Assembly (NCBI GenBank): GCA_963772955.1
Contig: CAVYZF010000011.1
Location: forward strand, 187,025 to 251,024
Source of the DNA: an uncultured Acidobacteriota bacterium
Lineage (GTDB): Bacteria; Acidobacteriota; Vicinamibacteria; Vicinamibacterales; UBA2999
Length of the DNA stretch: 64,000 nt
Direction of reading: 5' to 3'
The notes beneath the pieces were generated by a model. The model saw nothing but the letters and a program-made list of their open reading frames with translations, searched no databases and had not been told where the DNA came from. A program made the translations under genes and the position numbers. The stretch's first letter is position 1. Every line of letters begins with the position of its first letter. Of this stretch, positions 54,146 through 62,962 are shown piece after piece.

Positions 54146-56517
54146 TGCACTCTTACCGCCGGCACCGCAGAGAATTGCAGGTTCACGGGACTCCCATTTG
54201 CACCGCTCGCCGATCCCGTCACATTCAGATTCGCCGCGCCTGCTGCAACCGGCTCGAAGAGCAAGCCGGCGAGCAAGCCGGTTCCAGCCACGCCAGTAAT
54301 GTCACCGCGTCGTACGATCGCGATGTCCACGCGCCCCGCAACCGGATCAGGTTGCTGCGTGAACGACGCGTTGACTCCACCCGCGCGCATGAAGCTTCCT
54401 TCCTGCACGTTCACGAGGCGGATGACCGCGGGGTTGTACGTGATCGTCAGGGTCACGCCGGAGAGCTGCGACGCGTTCGTGATCGAGACCGGAACCAGAT
54501 ACGGCCCGCCACCCAGGCGGAACTCCGGACCAGGGACTGAGACCACGATCTGACCGGCCGCGAGCGACGTTGGTCCGGGCACGGCCGCACCTATCGGCGG
54601 CACCGGATTCACCGCGTTGGCACCGCCAGGAACCTGAGGCCCCACGGCGTTTGGATTGGCTGCTGGCTGCGGAGCAGGTGCGGGAGCGGCAACTGGCGTC
54701 TGGGGCTGGGCTGGTTGCTGCCCCGCCGCTGCGCCAGCCGGCGGCGCGTCTGGCGTCGCGCCGATCAACGGAGGCGGTCCGCTGAGCCCGAGGTTCGACT
54801 GAGTACCGATGTAGATCGGTCCGAGGTCGTTGGCCGTGAACTCGCGCGAGCGAACGATGCGCGGCGTCAGCAACATCACGACGTCAGACTGTTGAATCGA
54901 GTTGTCGTTCGAGGAGAACAGCTGTTTGATCACGGGCAGGTGCATCACCCACGGCAACCCGGAGAGCTGCCGGCGCTGCTGCTCCTGCAGGAGACCGGCG
55001 AGCAGCGTCGATTCACCCTCCCGCAGTCGAAGGTCCGTCTCGACACGCCGCGATCCGAATGACGGCAACTCCTGCCCGGCGATCGTGATCCCGGCGCCGA
55101 GGTTACTGCTCTCGATCATCAGCTTGATCTGAATGTCGCCCTCGATACTGACCCGCGGCGTCATCTGCACCGTCACACCGACCGGTCTATAGGTGAACGA
55201 CGTCAGCGGGTTGAAGTTCGCTCCGCCCTGCGCGAGCGGCGTGAAGGTGGTCGAAGGCACCGGAATGTCTTCACCGAGATTCAATTTGAGGTCGGAGCCT
55301 TCAGCGCCACGCAGCTGCGGCTTGGCGATGACTTTCGTCTCGGAGTCTGTCTCGAGGAAGCGAACCACGGCCGACGGAACGGCGAGGTAGAAGTCGCTCG
55401 TGCTGATACCGCGCGAGACTGTGTTCAGGTTGAACGGCCGCGGATTGAGTGTGGTGCCGTTCTCGGTCGTCCCTCCACCTCCAGCGACTCGCGGATCAAT
55501 TTCAGGGGAGAACACCGCGTTGATCGCGTACGTTCCGAGATCGAGGCCGTACTGCTGCGCGCGGCTCCGGCTGACCTCGAGAATCTGCACGTCGACGACG
55601 ATCTCGGCGCGCGGCTTGTCGAGCGTCTCGATCATGCGCTCGATGATGGCCATCATGGATGTGGTCGCTCGGATCGTGACGGTGTTCGTGCTCTTGCTGG
55701 CTGTCACGGCCGGCGCGAGCGCCTGCCCCACCGGGCGGATGACCTGGTTGATCGTCTGCGCGAGCTCCTGCGAGTCGATGTACGAGAGCGGAAAACTGAC
55801 GATGACCTGTTCCTCGTACTGCGCGCGCTTCTGCGCGTTGTCCGGGATGATCATGATCGTCTTCGGGTTCATCACCTTGTAGAAGAGCCCGTTCGCCGAG
55901 GCGATCTGCTGGAGCGCCTGCTCCAGCGTCACATCCTGCGCGCTGATTGTGTAGACGCGATCTTGGTAGGTGCTGTCATACGTGACGTTGATCTGCGTCG
56001 CTTCGCCGATGAAATTGAAGATGTCGCGCAGGCTCGCCTGCTGGAAGCGAATCGGCTGAACGATGCTGTTGAAGTTGAAGAGGGGCGCCGCCTGACCCGC
56101 TCGTGCGGCCTGTCGAAGCTGCTGCGCAGACGGTCGCGCGCGGTTCTGCTCGATCTGATCCCGGATCTTGCGCTCGAGATCGAGCACCTTTCCTGCGATC
56201 GCTCGATTGGCGGGGTCGTACTCGCTCGCGCGACGGAACTCCATCAGAGCCTGATCGAGTTGTCCCCGCGCTTCGGCGAGTCGCGCGGCGTCGATGTGTA
56301 TGCCGGCCGCGCTGAGATTCGCCCGTTCGTACGAGATCCTGTACTGGACGTTCTGGGGATCCTCCTGAAGAGCCTTGCGATATTGCTCGACGGCGGCATC
56401 CCAGTCGCCGGCTCTCGCGGCGGTGTCGCCTTTCGAGTAGGCGCTTCTGGCCGCGCAGCCGGCGGCCACAATGGCCAATACGACGAAGGCAGCAATCGTT
56501 GCGTGTGAGTGTCTCAT
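54142..56517 (-). CDS. secretin (GspD/PilQ family) with an N-terminal lipobox + TPR module and a C-terminal Pro/Ala linker + cohesin-like domain
   Basis: 791-aa ORF. It starts with a lipobox (VAAGC) and TPR (AVEQYRKALQEDPQNVQY..., ALMEFRRASEYDPAN). The secretin core reads ETDLRLREGESTLLAGLLQEQQRRQLSGLPWVMHLPVIKQLF...VVMLLTPRIV. A ~90-aa P/A/Q-rich linker follows, then a ~150-aa beta-sandwich resembling cohesin (VPVSITNASQLSGVTLTITYNPAVIRLVNVQEGSFM). Confidence 0.85.
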   Translation of the reverse strand: MRHSHATIAAFVVLAIVAAGCAARSAYSKGDTAARAGDWDAAVEQYRKALQEDPQNVQYRISYERANLSAAGIHIDAARLAEARGQLDQALMEFRRASEYDPANRAIAGKVLDLERKIRDQIEQNRARPSAQQLRQAARAGQAAPLFNFNSIVQPIRFQQASLRDIFNFIGEATQINVTYDSTYQDRVYTISAQDVTLEQALQQIASANGLFYKVMNPKTIMIIPDNAQKRAQYEEQVIVSFPLSYIDSQELAQTINQVIRPVGQALAPAVTASKSTNTVTIRATTSMMAIIERMIETLDKPRAEIVVDVQILEVSRSRAQQYGLDLGTYAINAVFSPEIDPRVAGGGGTTENGTTLNPRPFNLNTVSRGISTSDFYLAVPSAVVRFLETDSETKVIAKPQLRGAEGSDLKLNLGEDIPVPSTTFTPLAQGGANFNPLTSFTYRPVGVTVQMTPRVSIEGDIQIKLMIESSNLGAGITIAGQELPSFGSRRVETDLRLREGESTLLAGLLQEQQRRQLSGLPWVMHLPVIKQLFSSNDNSIQQSDVVMLLTPRIVRSREFTANDLGPIYIGTQSNLGLSGPPPLIGATPDAPPAGAAAGQQPAQPQTPVAAPAPAPQPAANPNAVGPQVPGGANAVNPVPPIGAAVPGPTSLAAGQIVVSVPGPEFRLGGGPYLVPVSITNASQLSGVTLTITYNPAVIRLVNVQEGSFMRAGGVNASFTQQPDPVAGRVDIAIVRRGDITGVAGTGLLAGLLFEPVAAGAANLNVTGSASGANGSPVNLQFSAVPAVRVQ

Positions 56518-57056
56518 TGTCCTGACAGCCGAATAGTCTGCCGTCCACGTCCATCGACGTAGATCAAATCCGCTGAATCGTTGCCGATTCGCAGTACGCG
56601 ATATCGGCCTTCGATGACGTCGCCTTCTTTCCCGTTGAACACGTTGCCGCGACCATCACTGAGCACTGCGACTCGCGGGACTTCCCCGGCCTGATCGAGA
56701 TACCCGATGAACCGAAGCGGAATCGGTGGAGGTGGCGGCGGCCCTGTCGGTACTGGCTGCAGCTGTTCGACTGGCAGGCGAGGCGACGGCCGCGGCGGCG
56801 CCGGAGCCTCGACCCGTCTCTCCTGGAACCGGAAAACGTCGCGGCTCGGCGCCGACCTGGCATCGTCGTGCCGATCGAGCGACTCGAGCTTCACGTCCCC
56901 GACCGCGTTGCCCGAGCGGGACGTTTGTCCCTGACCCGGGCGGACGGTTGTGCCTCCATCCACTGGCGCCGACGGCCAACCCAGATAGACGACGGCCGCT
57001 CCGACGATGAGGACGACAGCCAGGATGAGAAGCAGACGACGAGAGGACGTCGTCAT
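56514..57056 (-). CDS. PilP/GspC-HR-like inner-membrane-anchored secretin-coupling protein
   Basis: 180-aa ORF with a TM anchor, a Pro-rich linker and a C-terminal beta domain (LRFIGYLDQAGEVPRVAVLSDGRGNVFNGKEGDVIEGRYRVLRIGNDSADL). It lies between the pilO-like gene and the secretin. Confidence 0.65.
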   Translation of the reverse strand: MTTSSRRLLLILAVVLIVGAAVVYLGWPSAPVDGGTTVRPGQGQTSRSGNAVGDVKLESLDRHDDARSAPSRDVFRFQERRVEAPAPPRPSPRLPVEQLQPVPTGPPPPPPIPLRFIGYLDQAGEVPRVAVLSDGRGNVFNGKEGDVIEGRYRVLRIGNDSADLIYVDGRGRQTIRLSGQ

Positions 57057-57646
57057 GGCTCGACTGTCCCCATCGTGCGGAAATAGGTCGAGAGCTGGAG
57101 GGTCAGGCGTAGCGCTTCGCCACTCTGTACGCCTTCCATCAGGCCGACATCGTCGATGACCACGAACTCGGGTGACGCTTCGATCTCGTGAATGAAGTCG
57201 CGGATGTCGGCGTAACTGCCGGCGAGATCCATCGTGACCTTCAGCCGTGTCAGGTTGCTGCCGCGTTCGACGACCGGTTCGTACTTGCGGCGTTCGAAGT
57301 CGAGTCGAGACTTCGCAGCCAACTGCGCCAGGCGAGCGAAGGTCAAGCGGCGTGCACCAGTCAGATCCTTCGCGAGGACGCTGCTGTAGAACGTGTCGAG
57401 CTCCTTGAGCGCGCGATCCTTGCCCGTGAGCGTGCCGTCCGCGCGCGCGTGGTCGGCCTGTGCGGCAGCAAGCGCCGCTTCAGCGGCCCGCGTCCTCTGC
57501 TCGACGTTGGCGACATCGCTCTGGAGTGGATACACGAAGAACCCATATACCAGCAGGTTGATCACCACGCCCGCGACGAGCGCGTACACCGCACGCCGGT
57601 GTTCAGCGATGACCCGCTGGAGCACGCTCTGGGTTGCGTCACTCAC
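57053..57646 (-). CDS. pilO: PilO/GspM-like pilus or secretion assembly protein
   Basis: 197-aa ORF with a TM helix (ALVAGVVINLLVYGFFVY), a coiled coil and a ferredoxin-like C-terminus. Its operon position after pilN supports the call. Confidence 0.65.
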   Translation of the reverse strand: MSDATQSVLQRVIAEHRRAVYALVAGVVINLLVYGFFVYPLQSDVANVEQRTRAAEAALAAAQADHARADGTLTGKDRALKELDTFYSSVLAKDLTGARRLTFARLAQLAAKSRLDFERRKYEPVVERGSNLTRLKVTMDLAGSYADIRDFIHEIEASPEFVVIDDVGLMEGVQSGEALRLTLQLSTYFRTMGTVEP

Positions 57647-58259
57647 CGGCGGCTCCTGTCGTGGGCCGTGGCGCGGAAGCGGCGGGTGCTGATGCTGGAT
57701 CGGTGGCCGGCGGCGAGTACACGCCCTCGACGACCGCGTTAATCAGCCCTTCGGGATTGGTCTGCTCCTCAGCAGCGAGCACCTCGTGGAACCGGCCGGT
57801 CTTCTCGAGCGCATCGAGGAAAGACTCGAGATCCTGCACCCGTCGCGCTTGAACACGAAGATTGACGATCAGCTTTCCGGAGCGATCCTCTTGCGTCTGG
57901 AAACTGGTCAAGCGCACGCTGTCGGGCTCAGTCGTTTCGAGCTGAGAGAACAACTCCGACCACGAGAACGCCCGCAGGTCGATGATCGCGTTAGCTTCCT
58001 CCGCCGCGGCCGTGACTTCGTTCAGTTCCTTGGCGTCGATTTGCGATCGGATTCGTCGGGCCTCTTCACGCAGGCGCTGCGCATCGGCCTCGGCCTGCGC
58101 CGCGCGTGCGCCGAGCGCACGGCCGCTGCTCGTCAGCCGGATCAACTGCACCAGATTCAGCAGCGTCAACACCACGACGAGCAGCGCGAGCGCGCCAAGT
58201 GCCACCTGCACGGCGCGGATGTTGTAAAACGGCCTCGTGGAGAGATTGGTTCTCAGCAT
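57639..58259 (-). CDS. pilN: PilN-like fimbrial assembly protein
   Basis: 206-aa ORF starting MLRTNLSTRPFYN (the conserved PilM-binding N-terminus), then a TM helix and a coiled coil. Confidence 0.72.
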   Translation of the reverse strand: MLRTNLSTRPFYNIRAVQVALGALALLVVVLTLLNLVQLIRLTSSGRALGARAAQAEADAQRLREEARRIRSQIDAKELNEVTAAAEEANAIIDLRAFSWSELFSQLETTEPDSVRLTSFQTQEDRSGKLIVNLRVQARRVQDLESFLDALEKTGRFHEVLAAEEQTNPEGLINAVVEGVYSPPATDPASAPAASAPRPTTGAAGE

Positions 58260-59218
58260 CAGGCCGCCGCCTCTTTTCGAGTTCTGAGCAGCATTCCAAC
58301 CAGCGGTGACAGCGTCGCCATCAACTCTGGTGTCGCTGTGATGCGATCCGTGAGTGCCGCCCCGCGAGTCGGGTCGATGGGTTCGACAACCGTTCCCATC
58401 CGTGATTCGAGGTTGCGTCTCGCGAGATCGACTTCACCCTGAAGCCGTCCGATCCCGCCAAGCAGGATCCTGCTGAATCCACGCCCCTCGAGTCGATCCT
58501 GGTAGTACATCGCTGTCTGGTGCACGACGTCTTCGAGCGCTTCCGCGTCGCCCTCTGCCCGGTTGCGGAAGAACAGCACATCGTCGCGCCGCAGGATCGC
58601 CATCGACGTGTACTCGGGACGCATATGCACGACCAGCCAGTCGCCCGCTGTGCCGAGATTGGAGCTGAGAAACAAGTTGATCACGCCGAATGTCGCGATA
58701 TCCACGAGACCGGCTTCGATCCCGCTGCGCTCGCACACACCTTCGTATTCGCGGATCGTCTCTCGACGCGCCACCACGACGATGAATTCGCTGCTACCGG
58801 CGTTGTGCGCACCGGCCGTGTACGTGAGGCAGGCATCGTCGACCGGAAACGGCGTCGACTTCTTCACCTGCCAACGAATCAACTGATTGAGATCGTCACG
58901 ACGCGACGGTGTCTGATCGAAACGAACGAGCGAGACCTTGGCGGCGACGTCCGGAATCACGAGGGCGACGCGCTTCGGTTTGAGCCCGAGACTCTGGCAC
59001 GCGGAATCGAGCGCGCGCGCGACGGCATCCGGGTCGGCGATGTTCGTCGATGTCAGCGACGGCGTGACCGCACCGGCGGGCAACGGCTCGACGGCGTAAC
59101 CCTGGACAACCGGGTTCGAGCTGCGGCCGCCGAGCACGGCAACCGACACTGCTGCCGGCGAAATCTCGAGCGCCGCTTCGAGCGGCGGGCTGGCCAGCCA
59201 GGACGCGAAAATGCTCAT
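58259..59218 (-). CDS. pilM: PilM-like actin-fold (ASKHA) pilus assembly protein
   Basis: 319-aa ORF with a layout typical of PilM (ALVIPDVAAKVSLVRFDQTPSRRDDLNQLIRWQVKKSTPFP..., GLVDIATFGVINL). Confidence 0.75.
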   Translation of the reverse strand: MSIFASWLASPPLEAALEISPAAVSVAVLGGRSSNPVVQGYAVEPLPAGAVTPSLTSTNIADPDAVARALDSACQSLGLKPKRVALVIPDVAAKVSLVRFDQTPSRRDDLNQLIRWQVKKSTPFPVDDACLTYTAGAHNAGSSEFIVVVARRETIREYEGVCERSGIEAGLVDIATFGVINLFLSSNLGTAGDWLVVHMRPEYTSMAILRRDDVLFFRNRAEGDAEALEDVVHQTAMYYQDRLEGRGFSRILLGGIGRLQGEVDLARRNLESRMGTVVEPIDPTRGAALTDRITATPELMATLSPLVGMLLRTRKEAAA

Positions 59219-60840
59219 TCGACGAATGTCACCTTGTTGATTTCACGCAACGTCGTAAGCCCGGTGAGGACTTTTTCGACAGCCGACTCGCGAAGGAACC
59301 GCATGCCTTCTTCGTGCGCGGCCTTCTTGACTTCAGACGCCGGACGCCGGTCGAGGATCATTTCTCGAATGCGATCGGAGAGATTCAGGAGCTCGACGAT
59401 GGCGGTCCGGCCCTTGAAGCCGGTACCGCCACATTCCACGCATCCGGTGCCTTCGTAGAACCGATGCGTTTGTGCGAGTTCGGGCGAGAGCCCTGCTTCC
59501 TGCAGCGCCTTGGCATCCACCAGCTTCGGTCGCTTGCAGTGCGAGCAGATCAACCGCACGAGCCGCTGCGCCATGACGCAATTCAACGCCGACACGAACT
59601 GATAGGGCTCGACACCCATGTTCAGGAACCGTCCGAGCACGTCAACGACATTGTTCGCGTGAACCGTCGTGAACACGAGGTGACCGGTCAGTGCAGATTG
59701 AATGGCAATCTGAGCGGTCTCCGGGTCGCGAATCTCACCAACCATGATCTTGTCGGGATCGTGGCGCAGAATCGACCGCAGGCCGCGAGCGAACGTCAGC
59801 CCCTTTTTCTCGTTGATCGGAATCTGCGTGATCCCTCGCAGCTGATACTCGACGGGATCTTCGATGGTCACGATCTTGTCTTCGACGGACTTGATCTCGG
59901 AGAGCGCGGCGTACAGCGTGGTCGTTTTGCCCGACCCGGTGGGTCCGGTGACGAGCACCATGCCGTAGGGCTCCCGGATGTACTTCCTGAAGCGACGCAG
60001 CTCGAGTTCCGGCATCCCAAGGATGTCCAGCTTCAGCTCGGTAAACTGCTCGCTGATCGATTCCTTGTCCAGGATTCGGATCACGGCGTCTTCGCCATGG
60101 ACGCTCGGCATGATCGACACGCGGAAGTCGATCGTCTTGCCTGGCATCCGCACCTTGAACCGGCCGTCCTGCGGAACCCGCTTCTCAGCGATGTCGAGCT
60201 CCGCCATGACTTTCACACGCGAAATGATCGAACTGTGGAACTGTTTTCCGATCGGTCGCATCGCCGGCTGAAGGACGCCGTCGATTCGATACTTCACGTA
60301 GACGGCATCGTCGCCCGTCTCGATGTGGATGTCGCTCGCCCGCCGCTGGATGGCCGTATAGATCGTCGAATCCACCAGCTTGATGATGGGGCTGATGTCG
60401 CTCGTAAGCCGCTCGACGGTAAGGTTCTCGTCGCCGGTCTCGTCTTCCTTGAGGACCTGGAGCTCGAACCCCTCGGTGGCTTCCTCCAGGACACGCTGCG
60501 AGCTCTCGCTCTTCTTGAGGATCGCCTGGATGGCTGACGGGGCGCCTACCGTGACGCGGATCGGCGTGCGGAGAATCACGCCGAGCTCGTCGATCATCGG
60601 GAGGTCTGTCGGATCCGACACGACGATCACGAGCGAGCGCCCCTCGCGTCGATGCGGCACGAACCCGTAGCGCAGCATCAGGTCTGCCGGAATCGATCTG
60701 AACAGATCCTGATCGATCCGGAACTCGCTCATTTCTACGAATTCCAGCCGGTAGCGGACCGCGAGCGCGCGCGCGCGCGCGACTTCTTGGGAGAAGTCGT
60801 CGGAATCAGGGAGTGGATTCGTTTTCGCGGTCGCCATCAC
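59215..60840 (-). CDS. gspE: GspE/PilB-family secretion ATPase
   Basis: 541-aa ORF. It has Walker A (VTGPTGSGKTTTL), Asp and His boxes (IMVGEIRD, TGHLVFTTVHAN) and a tetracysteine motif (CSHCK...CVECGGTG). Confidence 0.93.
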   Translation of the reverse strand: MMATAKTNPLPDSDDFSQEVARARALAVRYRLEFVEMSEFRIDQDLFRSIPADLMLRYGFVPHRREGRSLVIVVSDPTDLPMIDELGVILRTPIRVTVGAPSAIQAILKKSESSQRVLEEATEGFELQVLKEDETGDENLTVERLTSDISPIIKLVDSTIYTAIQRRASDIHIETGDDAVYVKYRIDGVLQPAMRPIGKQFHSSIISRVKVMAELDIAEKRVPQDGRFKVRMPGKTIDFRVSIMPSVHGEDAVIRILDKESISEQFTELKLDILGMPELELRRFRKYIREPYGMVLVTGPTGSGKTTTLYAALSEIKSVEDKIVTIEDPVEYQLRGITQIPINEKKGLTFARGLRSILRHDPDKIMVGEIRDPETAQIAIQSALTGHLVFTTVHANNVVDVLGRFLNMGVEPYQFVSALNCVMAQRLVRLICSHCKRPKLVDAKALQEAGLSPELAQTHRFYEGTGCVECGGTGFKGRTAIVELLNLSDRIREMILDRRPASEVKKAAHEEGMRFLRESAVEKVLTGLTTLREINKVTFVE

Positions 60841-62042
60841 ACGCCTACCACGGAGCTCAATTCGAACAGTGGCATATACAGTGCCAGCACCACGATCGCG
60901 ATGACGATCCCCATGAACACGAGAATCACCGGCTCCACCAACGTGATGAACCGTCCGACCTCCGTCTCAACTTCCTCGTCGTAGAACTCCGCCAGGCTGT
61001 TCAGCATTTCCTGGAGTGCGCCTGTGGACTCCCCCACTTCCACCATCTTTACCGCCACGTCCGGAAAGACATTCCTCTCACGCAACGCCGCGGCGAACCC
61101 CTGTCCTTCTTGAACGCGGACACGAACCCGATCCAACTCTCGCGCGAGATGCTGATTAGACAGCGAGCGAACGCTGATCTCCAGCGCGTTCACGAGCGGG
61201 ATTCCGCCCCCAAGCAGCGTCGCCAGCATACGCGCTAGTTGCGACGTAAAGAATTTGCGGGCTGTCTCACCGGCCCACGGGAGCTCGAGCACCCATTTGT
61301 CCAGGCGATGACGCTGACCGGGCTGGCGGGACCAGAACACCGCTGCAACGGCCAGGCCAATCGCAGCCACGAGGATGAAGGCGAGGTTGGAGACCGCAGC
61401 ATTCGATACGGCGACGATGATCCGTGTAGAAAGGGGTAGCCCACGGTCGAAGTTAGCGTAGAAGTCCGAGAACGCCGGCACGACCCTCAGGACGATGATG
61501 CCGATCAGAATGACCATCATCGTCACGAGAATCATGGGGTAAATGAGGGCCGACAACGTGCGTCGCTTCACGGCGCCGATGATCTTTTCGTAAGCGACAT
61601 ATCGCCGGATGACCGCGTCCAGGTTTCCGCTGCGCTCTCCCGCCATGAGAGACGCGGAATACACAGCCGGGAACATCGATCCGTGCTCCCCAAAGGCGTC
61701 CGATAGCGATGTGCCGCTCCGAACCCTGTCGTGAACGCTGTCGAGAACCGTCTTGAACGTCGGGTTTGCGACACGCGTGCGGAGGATGTCGAGCGACTGG
61801 ACCAGCGGCATTCCGGCTTTCAGAAGAGTCGCCAGTTCCTGGTTGAAAACCAGGAACTCGTGCCGCTTGATACGCTGCCGACGGGCGCCAAGGGACAGAG
61901 AAAGCGCGGCCCGCCGCTGGAGGGACAGGACATACATCCCTTTTTCCTCCAGTTCGCGACGCAGGCGTGCCTCGCTATCGGCGATGTAGACGCCTTCTAC
62001 GATCTCGCCTCCAGGCGTACCGAGTCGACACCGAAACTCCAT
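60837..62042 (-). CDS. gspF: GspF/PilC-family inner-membrane platform protein
   Basis: 401-aa ORF with two T2SSF repeats (FNQELATLLKAGMPLVQSL... and FTSQLARMLATLLGGGIPLVNAL...). The C-terminus reads PVILVFMGIVIAIVVLALYMPLFEL. Confidence 0.92.
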   Translation of the reverse strand: MEFRCRLGTPGGEIVEGVYIADSEARLRRELEEKGMYVLSLQRRAALSLSLGARRQRIKRHEFLVFNQELATLLKAGMPLVQSLDILRTRVANPTFKTVLDSVHDRVRSGTSLSDAFGEHGSMFPAVYSASLMAGERSGNLDAVIRRYVAYEKIIGAVKRRTLSALIYPMILVTMMVILIGIIVLRVVPAFSDFYANFDRGLPLSTRIIVAVSNAAVSNLAFILVAAIGLAVAAVFWSRQPGQRHRLDKWVLELPWAGETARKFFTSQLARMLATLLGGGIPLVNALEISVRSLSNQHLARELDRVRVRVQEGQGFAAALRERNVFPDVAVKMVEVGESTGALQEMLNSLAEFYDEEVETEVGRFITLVEPVILVFMGIVIAIVVLALYMPLFELSSVVGV

Positions 62043-62064
62043 TTTGTCCTTTAGACCCGCTTCC

Positions 62065-62633
62065 CTATTGTTTCGGCTGCACGAACGCGCGGAATACCCG
62101 CACCCCCAGCTGTCGAGTGTCGGTACTCTGAAGCGCGGCTAGCTTGGCTGGCACAAACGTCTTGTCCGGCACCACTGCCAGCTCGACCATCTGCCCCTCG
62201 CCTAACTGTTCCGGGCTCAGTGCAATCTTGCGCACCAACGGTGCTCCTTGCTCCAGATCGAAGTCGTCTACGACCGCTTCTCCCAATCGGATTTCAACGT
62301 GCTGGGCCACCGAAAACACGTCACTCGGCTGGTGGTCGAACCCGCCTTCCACTCCTTCGTGGGAGTAAGGGGGGCGTGATCGGCCGCGCCAATGATGCGG
62401 CCGTCGTCGTCAACGACGTGAACGAAAACTGTGTAGTCCGCCTGGAATGGTGGGGTGTCTGGCGCCACGACGAACTTGACGTCGAGCTCGACCGGCATAC
62501 CCGAGGCGACAACAGCCGGGCTGACCGACACGGACGCCGAGGCAACCGGCTTCGCGCTGTCTGCCGGAGCCCTGTTGCAGGCGACAATCAATATGGAGGC
62601 CATCACTGTGAAGGCCACGGAATATCTGAGCAT
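62065..62633 (-). pseudogene. lipoprotein of unknown function, split by an apparent 1-nt deletion near 62341-62343
   Basis: Track ORFs 62268..62669 (real part from ATG 62633, lipobox LIVAC) and 62065..62352 join at ...PTKEWKAG | FDHQPSDVFSV... Past that point the upstream frame turns to junk (STTSRVTCFRWPSTLKS). The change coincides with a GGG run on the coding strand. Confidence 0.6.
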
Positions 62634-62662
62634 CTCGGGTGGAATGATACTATCTCCACCGC

Positions 62663-62938
62663 ATGACATCCGACGCTCTCGGAATGGTTGAAACCCGCGG
62701 TTTGATCGGTTCTGTCGAGGCTGCAGATGCCATGGTCAAAACCGCCAATGTCGTGCTGGTGGGAAAGGAATATATCGGGGCCGGATACGTCACGGTTCTC
62801 GTTCGGGGAGATGTTGGAGCTGTGAAGGCGGCAACCGACGCGGGTGCCGCCGCGGCCCGACGGGTTGGCGAGCTCATTTCCGTCCATGTGATTCCGCGCC
62901 CCCACGCCGAAGTCGAGCGCATACTCCCCAAATCGTAG
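62663..62938 (+). CDS. bacterial microcompartment shell protein BMC-H (PduA/EutM/CcmK fold, Pfam00936-like)
   Basis: 91-aa ORF: [61 protein letters not shown]...HVIPRPH, a canonical BMC-H sequence. Confidence 0.93.
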   Translation: MTSDALGMVETRGLIGSVEAADAMVKTANVVLVGKEYIGAGYVTVLVRGDVGAVKAATDAGAAAARRVGELISVHVIPRPHAEVERILPKS

Positions 62939-62962
62939 AGACACCCAGGGCCGGACCGAGTC

